Origin: an uncultured Verrucomicrobiae bacterium
Lineage (GTDB): Bacteria > Verrucomicrobiota > Verrucomicrobiia > Chthoniobacterales > UBA10450
Reading direction: 5' to 3'
Assembly (NCBI GenBank): GCA_963735805.1
Contig: CAVTMK010000002.1
Coordinates: 1,653,875-1,717,874 of the forward strand
Length of the DNA stretch: 64,000 nucleotides
The first letter of the stretch is position 1, and each line of letters begins with the position of its first letter. Position numbers and translations under genes: made by a program. Under the pieces are notes generated by a model, which worked only from the letters and a program-made list of their open reading frames with translations, was not told the DNA's origin and did not search any database. This document shows, piece after piece, positions 21,297 through 30,129 of this stretch.

Positions 21297-22739
21297 CTAC
21301 TTTGGCATTGCTTCAGACGGGCCTTGGACTCTCACAACCGGCGGTGGATTCCATTTACCGGTGAGTGCATCTTCTTTCGGAGCATAGAGACGCATGGTCA
21401 GGTTGAATGCTCCGTTGGGAGCTGGCAACCAGTTCGCTTCCTTGCCAGCGCCTGGGTTTTCATTTTGGAAGTACAGATCAAGCGAGCCATCGGCGTTGTG
21501 CTTGAATGGCATCCAACTGCTCACGGCGAACCGGTTCAGAGCATTGGCAACCTGGAATCCTTCCGTGTCGTACAGCGTGATCGACCAGAACGCGTCGACT
21601 GGCGGCAACTGAGTCTTATCGAAGTGAACAGTGTATTTGTTGGCGCCATCGAGCGGCTTGCCAGTTTCATCCCCCAGATTCTGCGGATAGATGGCATCTT
21701 CTGGAACGTTCGCTCCCAGACCCATCTGCGCGACGATTGCGCGCTTGAGATAATAATTGCCGTAAACGCCCATCGTGTCTGTGTTCATCGACCAATAGTT
21801 CACGACTCGAGCGAGCGTTGGTACTTTCCACTTCATGAGTTCCTGTGCATCCTTGGGAGCGCTTGTCAGCGCCTTTTGCTCAGCCGGATCCAGCTTCGCA
21901 AAATCGAAACCCTTCCCAATCTCGATCCCAATGCGTTTCATGCGGGCAATGATTGGCTCGTCAGTGATGTGCGGTGGGTTAACCTTCAAAAGCTCGGCAG
22001 CGTAAGCGAAATACTTGTCTGCCGGCATCGTATCCACTTGAACCTTTGGTGGAGTCTTCATGTCCACTGTCGCGTCAACTTTGCCGGTTACAGGCGCAGG
22101 GGTCTTTCCCCATTGCGAAAGAGGTGTGACTTTATAACCAGCCTGAATCTTGTGAACCGCGTCATAGTCGGTCGGTCCATCGGTTTTTGTCCGACCAATA
22201 ATCCATACGTAAGGCGTCGGCGCCTTGATCTGTTGCATGCCGTCAGGCACCGAGCCCGCCCAACCCGGCGGCGTAACGAGGAAATTGGCCGCCTGCGTCC
22301 CAGTTGTGCGCCAGCCTGGCGACGCAAACACGTCCGTCCACATGTCGAGCATCGGCAACAGATAATAACGTCCGCCGGTGTCCGCCACGGAAACGACGAT
22401 CGGTTCTTTAGTAAGATCTAACCACGCACTGGAATACAGGGTGTCGAAGTTAGGTCGGACAACGACCCTCATATCTGCCGTCGGATAGGCTGGAATGTTC
22501 GCGAAGGTGTTCATCGGCGCACTGATTCCCTCGGCGTGCTCGACATTGGTGAGCTGCTTGCGCGTGATATCCATCGTCACGAATGGATAACAGTACAGGT
22601 AAGCCTCGACACCGATAGCGTGCGCCTCCTCTGGAGAAACAGATTCAGCATGGCTGGCTAGACTGACGTGAAGCGAGCCTGCGGCGATCAGGACACAGGT
22701 TAGAGTTCGCTTTAGGAATGAAGATCTTATTGGTTTCAT
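21297..22739 (-). CDS. DUF1254/DUF1214 domain secreted protein
   Basis: Signal peptide; VVRPNFDTLYSSAWLDL; GANVPEDAIYP; FWSITLY; NWLPAP..F.L.MRLY.P. Confidence 0.9.
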   Translation of the reverse strand: MKPIRSSFLKRTLTCVLIAAGSLHVSLASHAESVSPEEAHAIGVEAYLYCYPFVTMDITRKQLTNVEHAEGISAPMNTFANIPAYPTADMRVVVRPNFDTLYSSAWLDLTKEPIVVSVADTGGRYYLLPMLDMWTDVFASPGWRTTGTQAANFLVTPPGWAGSVPDGMQQIKAPTPYVWIIGRTKTDGPTDYDAVHKIQAGYKVTPLSQWGKTPAPVTGKVDATVDMKTPPKVQVDTMPADKYFAYAAELLKVNPPHITDEPIIARMKRIGIEIGKGFDFAKLDPAEQKALTSAPKDAQELMKWKVPTLARVVNYWSMNTDTMGVYGNYYLKRAIVAQMGLGANVPEDAIYPQNLGDETGKPLDGANKYTVHFDKTQLPPVDAFWSITLYDTEGFQVANALNRFAVSSWMPFKHNADGSLDLYFQNENPGAGKEANWLPAPNGAFNLTMRLYAPKEDALTGKWNPPPVVRVQGPSEAMPK

Positions 22740-22806
22740 TGGATTGGTTGATTGGTGCGTCTGTTCGAAAGAAGAAAACTTCTATCGTGCCCGGCGTAGT
22801 TTGTCC

Positions 22807-22824
22807 ATAGGACTTTATGGCAAT
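22807..22824 (-). promoter_or_regulatory. Regulator box, copy 6
   Basis: ATAGGACTTTATGGCAAT; TGGACA-N17-TAGAAG. Confidence 0.8.
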
Positions 22825-22864
22825 GGCTATCGCCACGTTACATCGCTTCACTACTGAAATGACT

Positions 22865-23089
22865 CTACTGGCCGTGCTCGACTAGTGCGGGCCGCCTTGC
22901 AGGTGATGGATCGGTGCGCCGTCGAGCGCTTGCGATGCCGCATTCTCGAGTTTCTTGATTAATAGTCGTCGTCGCGCTGGGCAAACCCGGTGTGCCGGTG
23001 GTTTGTATTTCTGCTCTTGTACAGGGGGCAATCGCCATGACTGCAGCGATGAGCATCCCGCTAAGGAAGGTTTGTTGTGCTAATTTCAT
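22865..23089 (-). pseudogene. Internally deleted arylsulfatase remnant
   Basis: Signal peptide plus EIQTTGTPGLPSATTTI matches QQVTGELGSPSATTTI of 23625-26144, then the similarity ends abruptly. Confidence 0.7.
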
Positions 23090-23163
23090 AGGTGCTAGTC
23101 TGATCTGTTATTGTTTCTTCATCCAAGTACGCGCAATCTTGCTGCATCTGTCGTGGCCCACAT

Positions 23164-23181
23164 ATAAGACCTTAGAGCTAC
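23164..23181 (-). promoter_or_regulatory. Regulator box, copy 7 (most degenerate)
   Basis: ATAAGACCTTAGAGCTAC; TATGTG-N17-CAAGAT; upstream of the sulfatase pseudogene. Confidence 0.6.
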
Positions 23182-23221
23182 GCACAAAAACAGCAGTAAG
23201 TTAAACACTATCGGCCTGTTG

Positions 23222-23590
23222 TTATGTTGCTTCATTTTGTTGCAGGTTTAACCAAGCTCGCGTGAGAAGCAGCGTGACGACCGCATGCAGCACAACTGCT
23301 GGCCACAGCACCGGGCCGACCCACTCGCCGCGAACGCCAAGATAAGAGAGGTATGCAGTAACAAGCGCGCCGTAGACTAGCATACCGAGCAATGCCGGGC
23401 CCGGCCAGCAGGCAACCGCTAATGCGATCAAGGTGATGCCGAGCACACGCGCTACTGGTATGGCGACGCCTGTAGATTCCGCCCCGAGTAAGAGCCGCCC
23501 CACCAGAGACGGAGCGATCATCAACGCCAGACCTGTGGCTGCTTCGATCGTGGCGGCTAGGATCAGCAGTTGCTTCATCTCGATGCGCAA
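23222..23590 (-). CDS. Small 4-TM membrane protein
   Basis: IEAATGLAL...P; LWPAVVLH; hydrophobic throughout; directly downstream of the sulfatase. Confidence 0.7.
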   Translation of the reverse strand: MRIEMKQLLILAATIEAATGLALMIAPSLVGRLLLGAESTGVAIPVARVLGITLIALAVACWPGPALLGMLVYGALVTAYLSYLGVRGEWVGPVLWPAVVLHAVVTLLLTRAWLNLQQNEAT

Positions 23591-23624
23591 GCCTCGTCTT
23601 TTGCTGCTCCTGTTCCTTGCCCGC

Positions 23625-26144
23625 TTAGTCCGTGGCTAGGGCGAGCTTCTCTTCAATAGCCCGCTGTTCCGCCGCCGTCATTTGCGATGGGCCGAGCTTG
23701 ATTGTGAGCTTGTCAATTGTGCCGGTAAACTTGAACGGTAACTTGTAACTCTCGTCCACTCCCGTGCCGGTATCCAGGCCGATGTCGAAGGTTTCGTCAA
23801 CGGTCATGATCAACGGAATCGTGTGCGCGATTGTCTTCTTCGCCAACTCCCTGCCGTCCACGGTCAACACGCCAGTACCGCCCTTGCCGGGGCCAGGGCC
23901 GTCGTATTTGAAGTTAAACACGAGTGTGTGCTTGCCAGGCGCGAGCGCACGGCCAAGGAAGTCTTGGCCTAGTTTACCACCTATGCCGCCCTCCCAGCGA
24001 AATCGCTCCATATCAAGCAGGTTGTAGGCGAAGACCGGCTTGCCTTTCTGCAGGAACATTCCGTAGCCGCCGAAACGTCCGCCTAACGTCACGATCATTC
24101 CCTCCGCGCCGCCTTTAGGAACCGTTATCTCTGCCGTGATGGTGTAGTCCTTATCCAAGATGCCAGGCGCATTGCCGAAGGGAATGCCGACGTTCACACC
24201 CGTGTACGTGAATTCTGTTTTGCCGACGGTCGTGCTCGGCTTCGGCGCGAGCACGCGCACAAAGCCGGAGTTGTCCAAGGGGAAGACCTGGTATTTTGCC
24301 GCCTCAGTCAGGAACAATGCCTGCATTTCCTTTAGTTTGTCCGGCTGCTGCGCAGCGAGGTCGTTGTTCTCGGAATAATCGTTGGCGACGTTGTAGAGTT
24401 CCCATTTATAGCTGCTTAACGGAGGCATCGTAGCTCCGAGGAGCCAGGGCGCGGATGGCGGCGTCGTAGCAGCAATCCAGCCGTCGTGATAGATCGCGCG
24501 GTTGCCAACCATCTCGAAGTATTGCGTCTCATGTTTCGACGGCGCATCCGCATTGGTCTTGTCGAACGTGTAGGCCATGCTAACGCCTTCAATCGGTTTC
24601 TGCGGGATACCGTTGACTAAATCGGGAGCCTTGATGCCGGTGGTTTCAAGAATGGTGGGTACGATGTCAATGACATGGTGAAACTGCGTGCGTATAGCGC
24701 CCGCATCCGTGATGTGGCCGGGCCAGGAAATGGCCACGCCTTGCCGGGTGCCTCCGAAATGCGACGCCACTTGTTTGGTCCACTTGAACGGCGTGTCAAA
24801 GGCCCACGTCCAGCCCACCGCCATGTGCGGATAAGTCTTGTCCGAACCCCAATCTTCATAGTGCAGCAACTGCAACGCTTCCGGCAATTTCAGAATGCCG
24901 TTGTAAGCCGTCAACGTATTGTAGGTGCCCTCCAACGTGCCTTCGGGACTCGTGCCGTTGTCGCCGCAGATGTAGATGATAAGCGTGTTGTCGAGCTTGC
25001 TTTCATCCTGAACCTCCTGGATCACGCGGCCGATTTCATAATCGGTGTAGGCAGCGTACGCGGCAAAGACTTCGGCCTGGCGGATGCAAAGTTTCTTTTG
25101 GATCGGCGAGAGCGAATCCCAGCGGGGCAGCTTCGCGCCGCCAAATTCGGCCTGTCCGTCCGGCCATTGCGTTAGTTGCGTGTCGGCCGGGATGACGCCC
25201 AGCTTCTTCTGGTTTTCGAAGATCGTCTCACGCAACTTTTCCCAGCCGTTGTCGAACAGGTGCATCGCGTGGATCTTGTCAATCCACTCCTTTGTGGGCT
25301 GATGCGGCGAATGCGTGCCCCCGGGCACGTAATAAAGAAAGAACGGCTTGTCCGGGGCAACCGCGTTCATGCCGTGCAAATACTTGACGGCCTCATCCGC
25401 CATGTCGGTGGTCAGGTTGTAACCCGGATGCCCAACCCACGGGGCAATCTGCGTGTGATCCTTGAACAAGTAAGGCGTCCACTGGTCGGTCTCGCCACCC
25501 ATGAATCCGTAGAAATACTCGAAACCCATACCCGAAGGCCATTGGTCGTAAGGCCCGGCCAGACTGTATTGATAGGTGGGAGTGTTATGTTCCTTGCCGA
25601 ACCAAGAGGTGGCGTAGCCATTCTCCTTAAGGATTTCTGCGATGGTCGCCTTGTCCGGCTCAATGACGGAATCATAGCCCGGATAGCCAGTGGCCAATTC
25701 GCCGACCACGCCGAAGCCCACCGAGTGATGATTGCGACCGGTGATCAAAGCGGCACGCGTAGGCGAGCAGAGCGCGGTAGAATGAAACTGCGTGTAACGC
25801 AAACCCGCGCGCGCCACACGATCCAACGCGGGTGTCGGAATGACGCCGCCGAACGTGCTCGAAATACCGTAGCCCTGGTCATCGGTCATGATAAGCAGAA
25901 TGTTGGGTGCCCCCTTTGGCGGCACGACGCGCGGCGGCCACCAAGGCCTGGAATCCGTAACGCTTTCCTTGATTACGCCGCCAAACGGCATTGGTGGCGG
26001 CGGGAGTTGTTTCCCGTCAATCGTCGTGGTCGCGCTGGGCGAGCCAAGTTCGCCGGTGACTTGTTGTGCGTTAAGTGAAATCGTCACCATTACTAGCACG
26101 CAAGTGTAAATACCGTGAAAAAAGGTGCGTCTGAGTGTTCTCAT
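23625..26144 (-). CDS. Large arylsulfatase (canonical CSPTR) with a C-terminal LamG-like domain
   Basis: APNILLIMTDD; FHSTALCSPTRAALITGRNHH; GDNG; WTKQVASHFGGTR; FTGTIDKL. Confidence 0.93.
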   Translation of the reverse strand: MRTLRRTFFHGIYTCVLVMVTISLNAQQVTGELGSPSATTTIDGKQLPPPPMPFGGVIKESVTDSRPWWPPRVVPPKGAPNILLIMTDDQGYGISSTFGGVIPTPALDRVARAGLRYTQFHSTALCSPTRAALITGRNHHSVGFGVVGELATGYPGYDSVIEPDKATIAEILKENGYATSWFGKEHNTPTYQYSLAGPYDQWPSGMGFEYFYGFMGGETDQWTPYLFKDHTQIAPWVGHPGYNLTTDMADEAVKYLHGMNAVAPDKPFFLYYVPGGTHSPHQPTKEWIDKIHAMHLFDNGWEKLRETIFENQKKLGVIPADTQLTQWPDGQAEFGGAKLPRWDSLSPIQKKLCIRQAEVFAAYAAYTDYEIGRVIQEVQDESKLDNTLIIYICGDNGTSPEGTLEGTYNTLTAYNGILKLPEALQLLHYEDWGSDKTYPHMAVGWTWAFDTPFKWTKQVASHFGGTRQGVAISWPGHITDAGAIRTQFHHVIDIVPTILETTGIKAPDLVNGIPQKPIEGVSMAYTFDKTNADAPSKHETQYFEMVGNRAIYHDGWIAATTPPSAPWLLGATMPPLSSYKWELYNVANDYSENNDLAAQQPDKLKEMQALFLTEAAKYQVFPLDNSGFVRVLAPKPSTTVGKTEFTYTGVNVGIPFGNAPGILDKDYTITAEITVPKGGAEGMIVTLGGRFGGYGMFLQKGKPVFAYNLLDMERFRWEGGIGGKLGQDFLGRALAPGKHTLVFNFKYDGPGPGKGGTGVLTVDGRELAKKTIAHTIPLIMTVDETFDIGLDTGTGVDESYKLPFKFTGTIDKLTIKLGPSQMTAAEQRAIEEKLALATD

Positions 26145-26223
26145 TAGTGCTAATTTCTTTCGTTGCCACTCAGCTAACTCATCTAAGTGAGCGCAATACT
26201 GCCACGCCTTACGGGATTTCCCT

Positions 26224-26241
26224 ATGGGACTTTAGGCCTAT
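26224..26241 (-). promoter_or_regulatory. Regulator box, copy 8
   Basis: ATGGGACTTTAGGCCTAT, the most palindromic copy; TAGGGA-N17-CAGTAT. Confidence 0.8.
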
Positions 26242-26253
26242 GGCTATGTTCCG

Positions 26254-26287
26254 CGTTACATCGTTAAAACGTTGAAACGTTAAAACG
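26254..26287. repeat. 8-bp tandem repeat (CGTTAAAA-like, 4 units)
   Basis: cgttacat cgttaaaa cgttgaaa cgttaaaa cg. Confidence 0.7.
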
Positions 26288-26386
26288 ACAAGGCGCTGCG
26301 AATTTTCGCAACCACCGATCGCCTCCGGCGGGACGGACGTGGGTTGTTTTTGTCGATAGAACGCGCGAGCCTGAGCGCTTGCTCCC

Positions 26387-26836
26387 TCAATTGGTTAGGT
26401 TGACCTCAAATGCCTGCGCTCCAAGGGAAGAGGCCAGGCCTTCGGTCTCGCCGGCGAGATACATGGTCACGCCATTCTGGTTTGTCAGCTTGGCGTGCAT
26501 CTTTCCCTCGATCAGTGTGAGTCCGCGGCTGATGCCGTGGTAAGTTCCCGAGAAGCTGGAGAGGTTATTTAGATTATAGACTTTGCCAGTGGCGGAGACC
26601 TTTTGAGCGCCCGAGCCGCCAAGGCCGCCACCAGAGATGGTGAAATGATGTGCCCGGCCGTTGTAATATAGAGTGCCTTTTCCGGTTTCAGCCTGAGCGT
26701 AGTAGGCAGCCGACCACTCGTGAATCCTGACAGTAGCCGAGGGTGGCGTACTCGGGGCCTGAGTCATTGATGCACAGCCAGCGATTAGGAGTAATGCGAT
26801 GCCCGCGAAAGCGGAATTGATGAAGTTGGTTTTCAT
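26387..26836 (-). CDS. Lipoprotein of unknown function (DUF1134-like beta-rich fold)
   Basis: IAGC lipobox; GKGTL.Y.G; ATGKVYNL..L..F.G.Y; L.NQNGV. Confidence 0.7.
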   Translation of the reverse strand: MKTNFINSAFAGIALLLIAGCASMTQAPSTPPSATVRIHEWSAAYYAQAETGKGTLYYNGRAHHFTISGGGLGGSGAQKVSATGKVYNLNNLSSFSGTYHGISRGLTLIEGKMHAKLTNQNGVTMYLAGETEGLASSLGAQAFEVNLTN

Positions 26837-26920
26837 GATTTCGAAGTTTTTGGTTGGTTTTATAGAATTGGATTTTCTCAGTTAAGATTCGAATCTTGTC
26901 ACGGCGCCGGCGAAACGCAT

Positions 26921-26938
26921 ATAGGACTTTAGGGCAAT
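26921..26938 (-). promoter_or_regulatory. Regulator box, copy 9
   Basis: ATAGGACTTTAGGGCAAT; TATGCG-N17-CAAGAT. Confidence 0.8.
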
Positions 26939-27091
26939 ACGAAGTGTAAGGCCGCGTCCGACACTGCTTTTCTCGCTAATGTGGAAGCACGCTATCGGAA
27001 TCACGCTTTGAGGCTATGTGCCGATTCGACTTGACTTGCTCCCGTGAATAATGACGATTCCGTTCCAGATTAATAAGGAGAAACGAAGAAT

Positions 27092-27457
27092 ATGAGAAAA
27101 AACATCGGTCTAATTACGGCGACTCTGTGCGTCGGAATGGTTATCACTTCGGCAGCGACGTCCCATGCTCAAAAGGCGGGCGCAATGTCGAAAGCTGAGG
27201 CGATATCGCAGCAGCTTGGCCTTACCCCGCAGCAAAAGGTCAAGATCCTGCCGATCCTTCGCGACGAATTACCGAAGGTAGAAGCGATCAAAAAGGATAA
27301 CTCGCTCTCGAGGATGCAGAAGGTGCAACAGATCAAAGCTATTCATCAGCAGACTGATCCTCAAATGAAGGCGATTCTTTCGCCTGCCCAGTACGAAAAG
27401 CTAAAGGCGATTCGTTTGCAGGCAATCAAGGACGCTACCCAATCGTTTGGCAGATAA
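27092..27457 (+). CDS. Secreted helical protein, Spy/CpxP-like
   Basis: SD aggag; signal peptide; LGLTPQQ and ILSPAQ (LTxxQ-like) motifs. Confidence 0.7.
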   Translation: MRKNIGLITATLCVGMVITSAATSHAQKAGAMSKAEAISQQLGLTPQQKVKILPILRDELPKVEAIKKDNSLSRMQKVQQIKAIHQQTDPQMKAILSPAQYEKLKAIRLQAIKDATQSFGR

Positions 27458-27487
27458 GTCGACTGTAGCCCAGAGAACCAGGTTTTA

Positions 27488-27575
27488 TCACCGTGGAGTT
27501 GGGCGTTGGAGCCGTATTGGGCTAACTGCAGCAAGGGTATCTATCCGGGCCATACCCATATGTGTTGTTCGGCGC
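27488..27575 (-). pseudogene. 3' remnant of an S8 peptidase gene
   Basis: With one base removed it reads APNNTYGYGRIDTLAAVSPIRLQRPTPR*; compare TPNNTYGHGRVDILAAV in 35810-38182. Confidence 0.65.
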
Positions 27576-27601
27576 CCCTAACAAGATGGCGACGGTTTCT
27601 A

Positions 27602-28912
27602 TTAACGTGACGTAGCGCGGCGCGTGAGCGCGGCACGTCCAACTACGCCGACGGCAAGCAATCCAAGCGCCGCGAGTCCGTTAAAAGAGTCCCCAAACAG
27701 CATCGCAACCAAAAAGATTATGCCACCGACAATAACCACCCAAACCGACCATGGATATAACCATGCCCGATACGGCCGTGGAAAATCAGGTTCTCGACGC
27801 CGAAGTTTAATCAGGGCGCAACAACAGAGGGAGTAGTTGACCGCCAGGAAAAATGACGTCATCGCGACCAATCGTTGGAATGTTCCGGTAACAATAAGTG
27901 CGACAGCGATCGCTGTAGTTACAAACGTAGCAGTGTCCGGCGTGCCAGCTGCATTCACCGTCGAGGTGCGCGCCCAGAACAACCGGTCGCGTCCCATAGC
28001 AAAAATGACGCGTGTACCCATCATGATGACGGCGTTTAGCAGAGGCACAAGCGAGATCACTGACAATAGCGTGATAAGGTCCCGGCCGTGCGCGCCGGCG
28101 ATAACGCGCGCGGCATCGGCGGCGGGTAGCGTTGCGCCAGAGAGCTGAGACATAGGTAGTACCTTGATCAGCGCGATATTTACCAGCAGGTAGATACCTA
28201 TCACCGACAAGACACCGCCAATCATCACTCGCGGGAGATTGCGCGACGGGTCGCGATCTTCCTCGACGAAATACAAAGGGCTTTGCCAACCGCCGTATGT
28301 AATGACAATCGCCTGCAGTGCAATGATGACGCCGCCGAATGTCATCGATGACGCCATACCTGGCGAGACCTGTCCACGCGCTGGCACAATAAGACACATG
28401 GCAACCAGAGCCAAAAACGCGACGCATTTTAGTGCAGTAGTTACCTCTTGAAACTGACTGCTGACACGGATTCCGAGCCATTGCAAGCCTACAACAGCAA
28501 CAAGGATTGAAACCGCGACGAATCGAATGGCATTGCCGGGTATCGGGGTTATAACCGTTAAGAATTCGGAGATGGCGATCGAGACATATGCCAGTATCGA
28601 GCAGTACGTGAACCAGTCAGTCCATCCCACGGCAAATCCGGCTGTGTTGCCGAAAGCGCGGCGCACATAAACGTAATACCCCCCGGCTCGTGGCAGCATA
28701 CTGCCCAACTCAGTCAGACAGCTCGCGCAAAGCAGGGTGTACAGCCCTGCAGCGATCCATAACAAAAGAACTGCGGTTGGCGTATGAAGTTGTGCCGCGA
28801 CTAGCCCCGGCGTGCGAAGAATGCCCACGCCAATCGTAGCGCCCACGCTTACCGCCAGACCGAACCCAATCCCAAGAACGCGTCGAAGGTGACCGGACTT
28901 TTGGGACATCAT
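27602..28912 (-). CDS. APC family amino acid permease (probable fifth cassette)
   Basis: IGVGILRTPG, ELGSMLPRAGGYY, YGGWQ, RPYRAWLYP; about 12 TM. Confidence 0.9.
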   Translation of the reverse strand: MMSQKSGHLRRVLGIGFGLAVSVGATIGVGILRTPGLVAAQLHTPTAVLLLWIAAGLYTLLCASCLTELGSMLPRAGGYYVYVRRAFGNTAGFAVGWTDWFTYCSILAYVSIAISEFLTVITPIPGNAIRFVAVSILVAVVGLQWLGIRVSSQFQEVTTALKCVAFLALVAMCLIVPARGQVSPGMASSMTFGGVIIALQAIVITYGGWQSPLYFVEEDRDPSRNLPRVMIGGVLSVIGIYLLVNIALIKVLPMSQLSGATLPAADAARVIAGAHGRDLITLLSVISLVPLLNAVIMMGTRVIFAMGRDRLFWARTSTVNAAGTPDTATFVTTAIAVALIVTGTFQRLVAMTSFFLAVNYSLCCCALIKLRRREPDFPRPYRAWLYPWSVWVVIVGGIIFLVAMLFGDSFNGLAALGLLAVGVVGRAALTRRATSR

Positions 28913-29018
28913 GGCAACGCTAAGTGTGAGACTGGTAAATCCTCAGTCAGTCATGGAGTTCTCAGTTTCATCACAGGGTGAGTTTTCCATGCAGCCTAAC
29001 TGGGAAGTGCGGGACTAG

Positions 29019-29125
29019 GTCTGACGAGACACAAGATCAGCGACCATGCGAGCGGGGAATGACACTCGGATGCGCTCAAATCTAGACGCAAGGACAGTCC
29101 GCTTCGCTGCATCGCCTGGTTTGAC
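29019..29125 (-). repeat. attC site (degenerate cores)
   Basis: Minus strand GTCAAAC-caggcgATGCAGCGA...TCGCTGAT-cttgtgtctc-GTCAGAC. Confidence 0.75.
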
Positions 29126-29144
29126 GCCGACGTTCCATAAGTGA

Positions 29145-30002
29145 TCAGTAGAGTATCGAAGGAAGAAAAGCTCCGGTGGGTTCGTTGTAGAGACCAATGC
29201 TCATGAGCGTCATTGGCTGCACCACTCGCAGGCCATGCTCCAGACACCAGAGGAAAAGCTCCGCATTGCGCGTCGGCACGAGGAAGCCCGGTCCTCCGAA
29301 AGCAGGCGCGGCGCCGATGAGAGCCTTCAGCCCTTCGTTTGTTTCCGCCACAGCGTGGCCGAAGAATGCGATCGAGCTCGAATATCCGACGATATGTCCC
29401 GCGTGTTCGACAACGGTCGCGGTTGTTTTTTTGATCGCGTCGCGCAATTCGCCCACGCGCTCATGGCCGTGCACTTTCGCACAGATCTCGTTACACGGGC
29501 CGAGATCAAGCTCGGTGGCAGGCCGCGTGCTGTAACCTGGAATGTGCACGGCAAGTGCGGGCCCTTGCATGGTGGAAAGTGGCTCTCGGGCTACGAATCC
29601 CAATCTCGCATAGAGCGATAGCGAGCGGTTGTGATACGCGGCCTGAAGTAATCGTACCCCCGGGAAGCGCTGCTGCTTTACTCGGTCAAGAGCATGCTGC
29701 ATGAGCTGACGCCCGACCGCACGATTCTGCACCGCGGAATCAACCGTGATTGGGCCGAGGCCAGCTATAGTCGAACGCTCGTCGAGGAAGTTGCTGCCGA
29801 CGATCGTGCCATCGCATTCGGCGACAACCGAATAGAAACCAGTGTTGGCAAGCAAGCTAGCGAGTAGCCCACGCGCGACTTCTTGCGATGGAAAATCTGG
29901 CGGGAAATTGTGCTGCTCAGCGACTGCCTTAAAGGCGTTGTAACAGATCTCGCCACAACGCTCGGCATCTGCGGGGGTACCAGGTCGCAGCGTGATATTC
30001 AT
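29145..30002 (-). CDS. GNAT N-acetyltransferase (cassette)
   Basis: LRPGTPAD; GPITVD..QNRAVGRQLM; N..SL.LY..LGF. Confidence 0.88.
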   Translation of the reverse strand: MNITLRPGTPADAERCGEICYNAFKAVAEQHNFPPDFPSQEVARGLLASLLANTGFYSVVAECDGTIVGSNFLDERSTIAGLGPITVDSAVQNRAVGRQLMQHALDRVKQQRFPGVRLLQAAYHNRSLSLYARLGFVAREPLSTMQGPALAVHIPGYSTRPATELDLGPCNEICAKVHGHERVGELRDAIKKTTATVVEHAGHIVGYSSSIAFFGHAVAETNEGLKALIGAAPAFGGPGFLVPTRNAELFLWCLEHGLRVVQPMTLMSIGLYNEPTGAFLPSILY

Positions 30003-30129
30003 CTAGCGAGACATAAGATCAGGGACCGCGAGCCCGATGCAACCGTCCACGCAGCCAAAGGGTAAATCGCAAACGTTCACAAAGTAGATCGCAGGCTGTC
30101 TCGCGGTTAGCTGCATCGCCTGGCTAGAC
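30001..30129 (-). repeat. attC site
   Basis: Minus strand GTCTAGC-caggcgATGCAGC...CCTGAT-cttatgtctc-GCTAGAT; overlaps the upstream stop and the downstream ATG. Confidence 0.8.
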
